The position numbers and the translations under genes were made by a program. The notes below the pieces were generated by a model. It made no database searches and was not told the DNA's origin. It saw only the letters and a list, made by a program, of their open reading frames with translations. Source: Yuukianura sp. NJ FZ-2021 (lineage: Eukaryota). From it: a stretch of 64,000 nucleotides of DNA. This document shows positions 43,454-58,262 of this stretch, one piece after another. The stretch spans positions 1,860,001 through 1,924,000 of the forward strand of contig CM102288.1 of the NCBI GenBank assembly GCA_046563655.1, read 5' to 3'. How positions within the stretch are numbered: the first letter of the stretch is position 1; every line of letters begins with the position of its first letter.

Positions 43454-43883
43454 ACATAATCGGTTTGATTAACTCCAAGTTTAAGAATAATTCTAAAAGT
43501 TTCTCAAAACAATAATTTTCTGATTTGAAAAAACAAAAACCTGAATAGTCGCTCAAGCAGCAAGTCTCCTCTGTAGCAGGACAAGTCTGGGAGTAAGTTA
43601 ATAGCGGCGAATAGACTAATCTGAGAAAGTGATAATTGTAGTTAATAAATTGGAATTAAATCAAAATCTGAATTCGGGGGAGCAAATAGATCCAGAGCGG
43701 CTCGTTTCATGTGCTTTTGACGCAGTTGTGAAAGAATTCGTCTGTTTATAACAACGGAAAACTCTTTTTTTTGACATTGCCGTCAAAGGTCAATGTCAAA
43801 TACGATGGTCATAGTAGTATTTATTCCTCAAATTTTAGTAACTTAAGCTCTCGAGACTTTGACCTCCGGAAAATGTTCTTGGT

Positions 43884-44344
43884 TTATCCCATCATCATGG
43901 GGCAAGTAGCATTCACCATTGGTTTTGCTACGCATTTGTCGCCTTCAAATTGTTTGTACCCGGAAGTTGCTTAAGAAAAACGCAATTTATGGAAAAAAGT
44001 GTTTAAACTAGTATAATGCTCAGAGGTCAGAGGTGAAATGCTTACCATTGGCGGGGTCAATGAGCCCACATCGGGTTGGATAAGCAATCCATCGTCCATT
44101 CCAAGTGTCGCAGTACGAGTACCAGCCCAGTGATGCTTCGTATGGTGTGCAATTATTATTCGCATTGTAGCCAGGTTTGGTACAAGCTGGAGTTCCTTTG
44201 GCTACATTCCACCAACATAAGCCCACCATCGCTCCAAAAATCAGCAACACCTTTTCAAAAAAAAAAGTATAATTACTTAGACACAAATTTTGAAAGAAAT
44301 GAAAATTTCTTAACCCCCTTCGGCCTTACTTCGATTGTTTTCAT
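43884..44344 (-). CDS. Small secreted 6-Cys peritrophin-like protein without mucin tail (3 exons, about 100 aa)
   Basis: MKTIE|VLLIFGAMVGLCWWNVAKGTPACTKPGYNANNNCTPYEASLGWYSYCDTWNGRWIAYPTRCGLIDPAN|ATSGYKQFEGDKCVAKPMVNATCPMMMG*. It is paralogous to the N-terminus of the mucin gene. Confidence 0.75.
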
Positions 44345-45006
44345 TTTCCAGAAGTATTAAAACAATTTTCTTTGAAAAAAAAAGTGGCAAAATCAAAAAA
44401 AAAAAAAATTGAAAGCTTCCTTGTAAGATCCTTAACGTTAACCTGTCAAATGCTGGGAACAAGCCCGTATTCTGGAAGTATTATATATTGTTGTAATTAA
44501 GTCAAAATCAGTCAAATTATGCATAATAAAGCTTCATAAACAACAATTGTTTCGCAAGTGTGAAGATTTCAATGAACCGAATATGCAGCTGAATCTGAGA
44601 GGTCAAAGAAAGCATTTGCTGTTTAGATTTTTTGTTTTCTTTTTAGTAAAAAAAAAACTATCTTTCAATATTATGTTAAGGAGAGACAGGAGGTCAATAA
44701 AAATAACGCCAAAGAATGTTTTGTAGACATGGCAACGACTGAGAATTGAGAATTTACAACTACGTGATCATGAAAAACCCGAACGGGTGGATTCTTTACG
44801 ATTGAAATTTTGCACAACTGACGCTAACTCGCGAATCACTGCGTTAAATTTCAAATTTGAGAAACGTGTGCGTTTTTTCTAAAACTGTCAGACGAAGTGG
44901 ATGAGCCATTTCTTAGCCTCAACTCTCAGGTTGCCCCAACTCTTGGTGACGTAATACGAAATTGTAAATTGTAAACAAGAAATTCGTGAACTCTGACCCA
45001 ATCTTC

Positions 45007-45316
45007 TGGTGCATTTCCTGTATGGTTGGTTAGGCGCTCAAAAAACTACGACCACACTTTTCGTATTAGCACACGCTGATCAGCAAAACATCGGACAACT
45101 AGGTGACGAAAAGAGTACCCTTCGCCCAGAAAACCTAGTTTTTCTGGATTTTCCCGAGGATTTCAGAAACATTTTCCAGAAAACTTAAGTTTTCTGGACG
45201 AAGGGCACTGTTTTCGTCACCTAGTTGTCCGATGTTTTGATCATCATCGTGTGCTAATGCGAAAAGTGTGGTCGTAGTTTTTTGAGCGCCTAACCAATCT
45301 TACAGGAGATGCACCA
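45007..45316. mobile_element. Palindromic (foldback) MITE-like element
   Basis: About 140-bp arms TGGTGCATTTCCTGTA...CAGAAAACCTAGTTTTTCTGG mirrored by CCAGAAAACTTAAG...TACAGGAGATGCACCA. It may extend to CCCA(44997)...TGGG(45329). No TSD confirmed. Confidence 0.8.
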
Positions 45317-45567
45317 CAAGTCTTATGGGAAATTGCGTTGAAGCGAATCTGTCCATCCTAATCTTAAAAACTTTTTTTTTTTGAAATTTTTTCGCAATGA
45401 AATTTGACGAAGGAAGAATGGAATCACCAAGGTCATTTGAGTTACGGTTTGACGACCATCGTTGCAGCCACCTTACGACTGCAAAGGTTGGCTACATTCT
45501 TCTGAACTTATGTTGCCACTTTAGAATAGGCTCGGTTAAAGTGACTAGAAAAGTTGCCACAAAGTAC

Positions 45568-47170
45568 CCCATGTTACCAAGTCGTACGGAATATGTACAT
45601 ACTTAGTGAATATAAGTGCGTTATGCTCGAGTGAGGTTTTGCCCAAATTTCATATGCATTTTCGGTGCGTAAACTTTTGTACACAAAATGCACGGAGAAA
45701 GGAGCGCTGCATAGGAATGCCTTACCGAATCGGTACATAAAATTTCTGCATATAAACGGCACTGCTCTTGTGAATACAATTCATTTAGCTTTTGTACGCG
45801 AAATATCCACTAAAATGATAGCAAGATCTACTCGGTTTCTGATCAAATTAATTTTTATTAATCAATATTGTGAAAGATAAAGTATCAACAAGATACTAAT
45901 TATTACACAGTGGAATACAAAACATCTTTCTCTTAAAGGGTAAACAAATGCACTTTGTCCTTAAGTAATCTTTACTAACAGTTTCTTGTTTTGTTGACAA
46001 TGCCTGTCTGACCAGTTGGAGTAACTCGGCAAATTTCTGCTCAAAGTAGCCTGATTCCCAAGGACAGCTTGTTGGAATTCTAAAAGTAAACAAGAACAGT
46101 CATAACTGGGAATACGAAATTCAGTAGTATGATAAGCGTAATAACATAAGAATTTACCTCGAAACTCGTATTGTTCTTCCTCGATGCTGTATTGCAGTTG
46201 CTGAATCGTGTGCTCCAGTTCATCGATAGATACAGTATTGACAGATGTAAGATTCAGTGGAGCTGCTTCCTTGACTGCTTCTAAAATAAACAACAACACA
46301 ACTAAAGTTTTGTTTGTTTAATGAGGTCAAACTGTTGCATGACACTCACCTTGTGACTCCGTCAAGTTATGGTCAAATGTGTGAAGACCAGATTCAGCTC
46401 CACTTTTGAAGTTCGCAGAGAGTTGGATTTTTTTAACGCTTTTTCATGTGAAACTGAAAAAAAAATCAACAAGCGTTTATTAATCAAAATCCTAGGAAGG
46501 TTGGTTAATAGAATAGTTAGTAGTTCAATAACAACTAAAGTACTAATTAGCTTACCAAATGATTTGACGTATTCAATGTCGTACTTTCTGCAGTCCTTCT
46601 CTGGCTTGGACTGGCCGATGCAGCCAGTTCGCTTACTTTTTTGGTTAGTTTTGATGGCCAGTGACACCGTATTTGGTCGTCATCAAACGCTACCCATGAT
46701 GAGGGAAGAACTGAAAACCTATTTTCCGCTTTGAAAAACACAACTGAACAGTTTTCGTAGTGTGTGGTCCCCATCACGGACGAGTTGAAGACAAAACTAA
46801 ACCACTTTGTTTAAAACTTAACGGACAAACGCACTTCTGTTATATACTTTTTCAGCACCTATAATTCACCACTAAATACTCTCAGAAAGAGAAATGAGAA
46901 TCACTCACATAAACCGCACATAAATCTCACACCAATGTGCATGAGTGCAGAAGAAGCGCTGAATCTGTACGGATTATTTCCGAAGGTTTTATTTGCGACA
47001 ATTTAAGTGCATTTTGTATACTTTTTAAATATCTGAGGTATCAGTATACAAAAAATCCGAACCATTTAAGTGCATAAATGGCAATGCAAAAAGAATCACG
47101 CTATATTCCAAACAGTTTATTTACGAAATATTCTGGATATTCACAAAATATTTACGGATGGTAAGAAGGG
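45568..47170 (-). mobile_element. Degenerate CMC/EnSpm-like DNA transposon carrying a spliced accessory-gene remnant
   Basis: Imperfect TIRs CCCATGTTACCA / TGGTAAGAAGGG with a 2-bp flank AC on both sides, and a subterminal inverted pair GTACACAAAATGCAC / GTGCATTTTGTATAC. The internal frameshifted ORF reads VVFF..ENRFSVLPSSWV...CHWP...YDIEYVKSF. Confidence 0.6.
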
Positions 47171-48175
47171 ACCAAGTGTAGCCACAGAACGTGCTGGAAT
47201 GGGTACAACGATGCTCGTTAATATTTACTGTCCTCCAAATTTACAAAAAAAAACTTTGGGAAAATCGCCGTGCAATAAATTATATTGCTTTTTTGTTAGC
47301 GACGTGTGTGAATCTTTGAAACGGCTGCGAAGAAAATAATACCAATATGCATCAGGACGTAACTTAACACGGGATTGTTAGTTTTGAATTTTGGAAATTT
47401 TGAAAACTTGAAAAAAATTCGAAAAGCTTTCCCTTTGTTAGGTTTTTAATTAATTGAATTTCACACGTTTTTGTCACTTTTAGTTTGATTCCAGCTAGCA
47501 TTAAAACAGTAACCCATTATTTTCCAGACATGCAATTTTGTGATTCATGACACGCAACTTTTGTTTTTGGTAAATTTAACTACCCACTAAAATTATATTA
47601 CGCTGCTGAATCATATCCAGTGACATTTGGAAGATTGAACTTTTCGCAGTAAATTTTGGGTCAACTTTGACCTATCGAAGGTCTTTGACTTCAACACACA
47701 AATTAGTCAACACACAAAGTTGAATCAACTTTGAAAGTAAAGGAGTGAAGAAAAAAAAGCGTTTGAGATACCAAATTGCCACAGGATGTTTTCTGGAAGA
47801 TGTTTGACTGCATTTTGACTCTTCCCATTTCCTGTCAACGTGAAAACAATCTTGGCTGACAAAGTCGACTAAGCAGAGGCCAAAGGTCAAACTTCGAATA
47901 AAAGTACAACGTCAGCGATTTTTGTAAACTACGGAACCTGGGGTAAAGTTCTGTCAAATCAGCGCAGTTGCCATTAGTATTTTTAGTGATGTTGGCTTGT
48001 ACCATGGGCATCCGTCCAGGAAGATCAGTTTTTTGGCATAGGAAAATTTAGTGATTAGAACCACTTGAATTTTTAATCAGCTGTATGATTAGGTGCATTT
48101 GGATCAAATCTTATTGGAATTTGGATTCAGTCGATTCTGTGGAGGCAGTTACTCAAAAATTTAACTCTGTTTGAC

Positions 48176-50837
48176 ATGTCTTTGAAGAATCCGTTTGTGG
48201 TTGAATTTGGGACGACAGGAGGCCATGTACCCACGGAACGCCATGTGGAGGTAATATGAAAACAACTGTAATATAAACGTTAGTTCTAAAATTCTGTTGC
48301 AATTCTTTTCGCTTTTGAAGTTTTTTAAAAACGTTTTCAAAATTTTGGATTTAGAACATGAGGCTGCCTGAAGTCGCTCAAGAAAATCATACGGTGAACT
48401 ATGTTCCAACTGGTAAGTTCTAAGAAGTTAAGCGTTAGCGGTTATAGCGTTCGAATCTAATGGGAATTTTTTAAAGGCTACCGTAGTTCGCTTACGGGAC
48501 AGGGTGGACGCGTACGATTTGGCTGAAAATTTAACTATGTGTTCTCGACTTCTATAGGAACAACTTTTGTACAGGGTCCAGATGGGGCATCAAACGGTTT
48601 GACCCCCAGGGGTCACCAAAGGTCACGAGGGCATCCTATGACAGCACCCCACAAGTAAGGTGTCGTTGGAAAGCTGTTGACCTCCTGATTCAGAAAATGT
48701 ATAAGTATCAATAGTTTGGTATAGTCGTTTAGGCGCTACAGGTCACGAAAGGTGAAGTATAAAAAGTAGATTTCAGGTAAGTACTTTCGCGACGGTAAAG
48801 CGGAATCTGTTTCTTTCCTTCGGTTTGGACTTAAACATCAGCAAATTGTTTTAGGAAGTTACTTTCTTGAACCTTTTTTTGTGTTCTGGGGGAATCTGGA
48901 GATACAGAACCGCTGTTCTTGCCAAATTTCCTTTTACTGTCGCGAAAGTACTATCTGAAATCTACTTTTTATACTTCACCTTTCGTGACCTGTAGCGCCT
49001 AAACGACTATACCAAACTATTGATACTTATACATTTTCTGAATCAGGAGGTCAACAGCTTTACAACGACACCTTACTTGTGGGGTGTTGTCATAGGATGA
49101 CCTCGTGACCTTTGGTGACCCCTGGGGGTCAAACCGTTTGATGCCCCATCTGGACCCTGTACAAAAGTTGTTCCTATAGGTGTCGAGAACACGTGGTTAA
49201 ATTTTCAGCCAAATCGTAGGCGTCTACCCTGTCCCGTAAGCGAACTACGGTAGCCTTTCAAATTTTTTTTTTTGGAAAAAAAGTTACGTAATTTTTGTCA
49301 CTTCCCAGGAGCTTCTGTAGTGGACATTAACAGTGACGATGGAAGTACAAGGCCCGTGTACTCCAAATTGGAAACGAGCATTGACACGCTTGACCCAGGT
49401 CACTCCAGTGCCAATTCTCAGCATGGCGGGAACAAACTGCCCGGTCACCCAGAATTTCAAATGGTCGATGACCCCCTGCATGAAACTCTCTTCGCATTCC
49501 TACTCTCTGTATTCTACTTGGGATTTAGCATTGGAATTGCATTTTGGCACCAATCAGAAGGTCACGAACATCAAGCTAATGCTAGTCTATGGATCTTCTT
49601 CATCAGTGCAATCGTGATCCAATTCAGCTATGCATGCAACAGGTCAGAAAAAAAGCAAAGCTTAACTACTTCAAATTTTAAGAATTTTCAAAATTCTGAA
49701 ATTCTTTTTTCAATTTTTGTAGAAAGCTGAACAAAGCCAAAATCTGGGACACGAGCAAAATTTTTGCAGCTCTGACAATCATTCCAGGAACGCTGACAAT
49801 TTTTCTGTAAGTTGAAAAACACGAGATCTGAAATTGAAATTTTTGGGTATGACCTTTGACATTTTTTTTTGAAATGAAGGTCATTTGCGGATTTGGTATT
49901 TGCGATCAAGGAAGCCAAAAATCGGGCCTATGTTCGTCCGTGGAAAAATACACACGCAATTTATTTAGTAGAGAGTTTGGTACTGGCGTTTCCGCAGTGC
50001 GTCCTCCAGTCTGTGTTTCTTCTGGAAGATCCAGAATCTATTCCACAAGTGAAAGGTTGACATAACTTAACAATGTTAATTATTAATTAATCAATTGTTA
50101 ATTAATTTACGATTTAAACACTTTGTTTTTAGGTCTCTTTGTTCTATTTTGTCTGGGCGTCATGACTCTTGGAATCACTCTGGCAAGAATTCGGTTTGAT
50201 TCGGCACTCAGACCAGACCGGTTTGGTTCCGGAGTGGACAAGATCGTCCGGTCTGCCGTTGTTTGGGGCAATAAAGGTCAGTGACCTTTGACCTTTGCAT
50301 ACCATAACAATTGCCCTAAGTTTAACTATATTTCGCTTAACTTTAACTGTATTTCAGGGTTATGGGTGACAACTTACGCAATTTTGATCGTGACGGTACG
50401 ACTCACACATCCTGGACAGAATTTAGTCACAGTGGTGGCCATCTTGGGCCTAATGGTCATTTACGAAATTCCAATTCTACTGTCATCCACGAACTCTTTA
50501 CATTCGTACATCGGGAAAATTTCGGGAATGTTTTTCCTAATTCCGCAATTCGTGTCATTGTTCGTGTTGATTCTGTGGGTCAACACGGATCCTACAGTGT
50601 ACTTGACCAATGTCGGAATTTGTGCTATGGGGGCCTTTTCATGGTAAGCTCAACTCAGTACAACAACTCCGGAGGTCAAGGTCAATTGAATTTGGTTTTT
50701 ATTACAGGTTTGAGTCCTTGACGCTGATTGGTTGGTTGCTGGATGGATGTAATGACAGAGAAATTGACATTCTACCGTTGTACCCACACTTCTTCGGTGA
50801 CATCTACGCTTCGACTTGCTGTAAAAGAAGGAATTGA
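48176..50837 (+). CDS. Divergent XK-related multi-pass membrane protein
   Basis: The spliced model has multiple hydrophobic helices. LVESLVLAFPQCVLQ resembles the XK-family E..LES.PQL.LQ motif. Confidence 0.55.
48475..49256. mobile_element. Long palindromic non-autonomous element (Kolobok-like termini) in an intron of the XK-like gene
   Basis: About 325-bp near-perfect inverted arms beginning AGGCTACCGTAGTTCGCTTACGGGACAGGGT, a spacer of about 130 bp, and flanks TTAA / TTCA. Confidence 0.88.
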
Positions 50838-51390
50838 TTAATTTACTATTGATTGTTACGAACTTAGTTAATTAATTGACGATTAACTTTTACTTAATTA
50901 ATGAATCACGTTTTAGTGCTATTGTTCTTCATATTTGCTAGTACTATTGGTTTAAACATATATTCAGTAAATTCCATCTGTCTCACGTCTCGATTACTAA
51001 GCAAAAGTTTATGGCGCCAACTTTATACATGACTTTTCGTTTTCATGTTTTGTTTTTTGTTTTTGTTTTCGTCCACACGTGCGTTAACGTGTAACGTGTT
51101 AAACCTTAAACGTTCGTCTCCTTAAGATGTTTGCATTAATCGGTTAATTGGAATCGATTGCGAATTAACTACCGCGGACGTCCTCGTCGATACTTTCACG
51201 AGTAAGCAAAGGTACCTGTATATATTTTAATATTAGATTAGAACTAGTAGTCCGTCCGTACTATTTTGATTTTACATTTCTAATTTTCTGGATCTGGACT
51301 CAATTTGTTTTAGAAATTGTTCATTTTCAATAATGTAATGTGATTGGTTTGGTTCCAGTTCATTCGAAGCTCCTATCATCGTAGAAGACA

Positions 51391-53069
<1,679 letters not shown>

Positions 53070-53570
53070 CAGCTCTACTACGTTTTGACTATGTTTTGAC
53101 AAACTATTTCCATGTGAAATGAACTTTTCTTGTGTTATTCAGATTTAACAGATTACGATTCGTTGAGTTTTGAAAATATTTTTAATAGTATTTCCTAATA
53201 GAATGGAAATAAATTTCGGATGAAGCGACGACAAGAGTTAAGCATTCTCAGCATCTTTTTGGCATCATTGGAAGTGCGTCGGGAAATGTTTTGTCAATAT
53301 TTTTAGGAAGATCAAGCGGAGAGATTCATCTTGATGGATTTGGATTTTTAACTTTCCTTCTCCTGGTTGCCCCTAGTAAGGTAAGCAAAACTAAAACTTA
53401 AAAACTGAACAAAAACTTGGCAAACATGTTTACTTGAATTTTCACACTTCCAGAGTCTTCGTGGTCAACTGAAGTCAAAGTACTGACAGCATCACATCAA
53501 GTCCATTGGAGTTCCTCAACATTTTTAGGATTTTCATTTTTGAAGCAAGCATTGACCAAAGGAAGCAGCG

Positions 53571-55889
53571 ATGGGTGGACACCGTAGTGATGTGGACGTT
53601 ACTAACCGGAGAAATCTTCTCCACAAAGAACCCGCCGTCATTGACGAGGACATGATCAGTGATGCTCTCAAAAAGGCTCTGCCGAGAGGAAGCGAAAGCA
53701 AGGTACGAAAATCATCCAAAAAGTTCAGAACTTAAGTTTTTGAAGAAAAAAAACTTGAAACTTATAATTCTTGTTTTGTTTTGCAGTATGCCAGGGAGCT
53801 CGGCATTGACCCGAAGAAAGCCGAAGTTTTGGCAATTGAGTTCCAGAGTAAGTGAATTATCAAAAGTTTTTGCAAGTTGGGACTTTTCTAATTCTTTTTT
53901 TTAATGTTGCAGGCATTTCACAAATTGCCAACATATCTCATATGGTTTTACTCAAGAAACTTGCATTGAGTAACAACGTGATTACTCGAATCGAAGGATT
54001 GAGCAAACTTGTGAACTTAGAAGAACTTGATTTATCCTTCAATTCAATCAAAAAAATTGAAGGACTTGACCATCTCCCGAAACTCAAAATTGTCAACTTC
54101 CATCGAAATTTGATCACAAAAATTGAAAATCTTGACAAAGCCCTTCGCCTTGAAGTTGTCGTACTTTCAACAAATGGAATTCGCAATTTTAATGATATTC
54201 AACACCTTCGTCGGCTAGTGCATCTTCGAGCGCTTGGTAAATTTCTATCTTTTAGAAAAAGTTGAGAATTCGTTTAAAAATTTTTGAATTTCAGTTCTGG
54301 ATGGGAATCCAATTTGTGATGAAATGGACTACCGTGATTACGTGATTGCTCTGCTACCGGATCTTCTCATTCTGGATTATGTCAGGATCAAGCCAAGTGA
54401 TCGAATGAGCCCAGGAGTAACGCAGTTTGCAAAACAGATCCAAGCTATTGCTGACGTTGAAGATGGAATGAGACGGCGTGCTTCAGTGGTAGAAGCTAAT
54501 GAAGAACTGCAAAAAGTTTACCAAGAAGCGCATTCTGATGGGTTGGATAGCGAAGAATTCTGGAGTGCTCTTGTTGAAAAAGACACCGACGGAGACACGA
54601 TACTACAAATTCCTGGAGCTGCGGAAATCACACAAACGTTTAAGGAACTGACGATGAAGACGTGTCACGACTTTTTCGTGAAAGCGATGCGAGCGTATAC
54701 GATGCGTCAGAACGAGTATCACGCGGTAAGTTATTATAAACTTTTTTCGTTTTTGATACGTTTTCTAAGTTTTTTCATTTTTTTTTTTAGTTCAACACAG
54801 CTGTGACAGAAGTCAAGAGTGAAATAATCAAGCATGGACGTCAGCTGACCGAAGAATTTCTGGAGTTTCATGCAACGTCAATGGAAAGGATGAATCCTGT
54901 CATGGCACAACTGGAACTGCGAGATCGGATGGGAAACGGTGGGACAGAATCTAAGAGTGGCAAGATCCCACCGGAGTACACGAAGTTACAGGAGCAGTTG
55001 ACCACGGATGTGCTAGCCTATATCAAACAGTTACATAAATTGTGGTACGTTATGGTCTCGGCAGAAGTTGACCTCAATGAACAAATCATTGAAGCTGGAC
55101 AGGAGCTGGAGAGGTAAAACTTGAGTTCTAAAAATCCAAGCCATGAATTGAAAAAATTGACCTTGAGATTTTTTTTTACAGGTCGCTGAGAGAGTTGGTG
55201 ACCAATTGGATTGAACAGGCACACGGATACTTTGGTCAAATTCGTAACCAGCATTTACAACTCCAGCATCAGCTGAATGAGAAGCTCACAGCGGCAACTT
55301 CCGGTGAACACGAAGAAGAGGAAAGTGAGACAGATATTGCCGAAGAGATGGAGACCCTTGTAGAAGATAAAGATGCACTGAAAGCTGCTATTCAAGCGTC
55401 TCATGATCATCGTCTGGCAGTGATCGATGGAAAAGAAGAGACACTGATTGCGAACATGAAAAAGTGGATCGAGATGGCTGCAGCAAAAATTCGGACTGAT
55501 GAAGTGGATCGATCGCGTCGACGAATCTCCGAAATCAGGTAACGCAACAATATGTTTTGTGTCATCCAGTAATCTCGAAGTGTTTTCTAAAAAAAATGTT
55601 GTTTTTTTTAGCCATTTTGCTGATTATCATTATAAAATTTTGAAAGATGCAAAGATGTTGTCCCATTGCTTGGGCGTCATCCCCCAACTTCGTGATGACC
55701 AAGATCACATTCCGACGAAACAGGAACTGAAGGAACGGAGACTGAAACGTAAGGAAATCAATAGTGACCTTCAAGCAAATGAGTTGACCTTATTTGACCC
55801 GGATTCTGAAGAGTTAATTGACTGTTTCAGGGAGACAAGAACACGAAGAAGAGGAGGAAGAGCTAACCGAATACACAGCAGATGCATAA
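53571..55889 (+). CDS. DRC3: Dynein regulatory complex subunit 3 (LRRC48)
   Basis: EPAVIDEDMI N-terminus, SDS22-like LRRs (LALSNNVITRIEGL, LDLSFNSIKKIEGL), LRRcap (GNPIC...YRDYVIALLP.L..LDY), and a helical C-terminus with SHDHRLAVIDGKEE and E..RSRRRI.EI. Confidence 0.85.
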
Positions 55890-56263
55890 CGGTAACGTAA
55901 GGTCAAGACTCATCTAAAAATCAAAGATTGTTGACATTTCATAAAAATCAATTGATAATCAACTTCTCGAATGAAAAATCTATGCTGATCAATAACTGAT
56001 GAGTGATGAGACCACCGCTTTTGCATATTATTGGTTCGGATGAGAGAGAATTAAGATCATTTGCAGCGGGAGTGATATTGAGATTGAAGTCAAACAATCT
56101 CTATACACAAATATTTGAGTTCAAAGTTTTAGTTGTTCAATTGATTTATCCATTTATCTGTGCAGTTTAAAGTTAATTTTCTTTTAACTTGGAATGACAC
56201 TTCTTCTGTTTACATCTATAACTGTACTGTCATCAATCAGTAATTAATTGAAGACTACAAGAA

Positions 56264-57728
56264 ATGAATCGACGACGTGGAGGTGGGTTGAAGCTTACCG
56301 TGTCTGCAGAATCCACAGAGTTACTGTAAGCTTCGTTAACTTAAAGCACATCTTAAAGTTAGTTTTTTGAAAGAAAGTATTTTGTTCTAAATCATAAATT
56401 ATTTGTCTGTTCCACTATTTTTAGGAAACCTCCGCGAGACCTTGACAGCCGAACAACAGTAACTCTTGGGGATTCTACGTTTGAAATCGCTGCAGATGAT
56501 TTATATGTCGTATCGGAACTTGGACGTGGAGCCTACGGAATCGTTGAGAAGATGAAACATCGTCCGACAGGAACTCTGCTGGCGGTGAAAGTAAGTTTTG
56601 TCAAGAATTTCGACATTTTTCGAATTCTTTGTTCATCTCAAAACTTTTTTTTTTTCATTTGCAGAGGATTGCTGCAACGGTGAACTCCGTGGAACAGAAG
56701 CGATTGCTGATGGACTTGGACGTATCAATGCGAAGTGTAGAATGTCCCTTTACAGTACAATTTTATGGTGCCTTATTTCGAGAAGGAGATGTCTGGATTT
56801 GTATGGAAGTGATGGACATCTCTCTGGACAAACTCTACAAACAAGCTTTTGCTCTTGGGAAAACCGTTCCGGAGAATGTCATCCAGAAAATCACGTTTTC
56901 GGTATGCTGGAAAGTATTTTAAAATTTTCGTATTTTGAGTAACTAACAATAAGAATTGGTTTGTTTCCAGGTTGTAAAAGCATTAGATTACCTTCATTCT
57001 ACACTTCGTGTGATTCACCGTGACGGTAATTTATAAAAAACGAAATGAAATCGTCAGTTACGTTTGAGTTACGATTTCTTGACTGTGAACTTTAGTGAAG
57101 CCGTCCAACATTCTCCTTTCCAAAGACGGATGTGTCAAAATGTGTGACTTTGGGATTTCTGGATACTTGGTTGAATCTGTCGCAAAGACTCGGGATGTTG
57201 GTAACTTCCGACACTTTTTCTGGAAAAATTAGAAACTGACTTACCAAGCGAATCATTGGTTTTTCCTAGGCTGTGCAAGTTACATGGCTCCAGAACGGAT
57301 TGACCCCCAAGGAGATGCGACAAATAACTACGATGTGCGCTCCGACGTTTGGTCGCTTGGAATTTCTCTAATTGAAGTAGCCACTGGTGCCTTTCCATAT
57401 GAGAAGTGGGGAACGCCCTTTGACCAAATCAAACGAGTAGTCCTCGATCCACCACCGAAAGTACCCAGCAACAAAGGATTCACTCAGAAATTCATTGACT
57501 TTGTCGCCAAATGGTAAGAGCCTTAAACAGTTAACGTCAATTAGTGCTTACTTACTTTCTCTTTATAGCTTGCAGAAGGACTACAGGCTAAGGCCGTCCC
57601 ATAAGGAACTTCTGGAAGATCCTTTCCTCAGTCCGTTACTGAACGACGTCACTGCCGAATGGCAAGAAGTCGGAGACTTTGTCCAGGAAATTCTTGGGAC
57701 TGGAACAGCCCAAGAGATAGTAAGCTGA
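56264..57728 (+). CDS. MAP2K6: p38 MAP kinase kinase (MKK3/6, licorne-like)
   Basis: [76 protein letters not shown] and YMAPERIDP. An alternative spliced end at about 57792 is possible. Confidence 0.95.
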
Positions 57729-58262
57729 GTTTTAACTTTTAATTTTTTGAATTTACATTTTCGTCGAATCAATTTTCCAGCCATATTATTAGATAACGAA
57801 CTGATTTTTATACACGAAGGACAACAGCGATTTACAAATAGAGACAATAAATCAGGAGACATGTCCAGCACATGATGGCGTACAATTTAGGCAAAAGTCA
57901 GTCTTTAATAAACTATAAATAGAATCGTCAAATATAAGGCTAATCAATACAAACTACAAACTTCCGGTCCAGTGCAGCAATACAAAATACAACATAGGTA
58001 TACTGACCAGGTAAAACGATAAATGATGAACTATCAAGTGAAATGGTATGAAATACTGTTTACAAATCAATTAAGTAATCTCCAGCTCATAAAATATAAA
58101 CTCCAAATCTAATTACTAAATCTAAACAACCTTAAACAGAATACTGATGATGGATAAGCGATTCACAAATGATAATCTATGTAAATGTAACCTTATGAAA
58201 TGCCGGCGAAGCGATTGCATTGGTTAATTACGTTTGGCAGTCCATTTGAGTTTTCATTCGAA

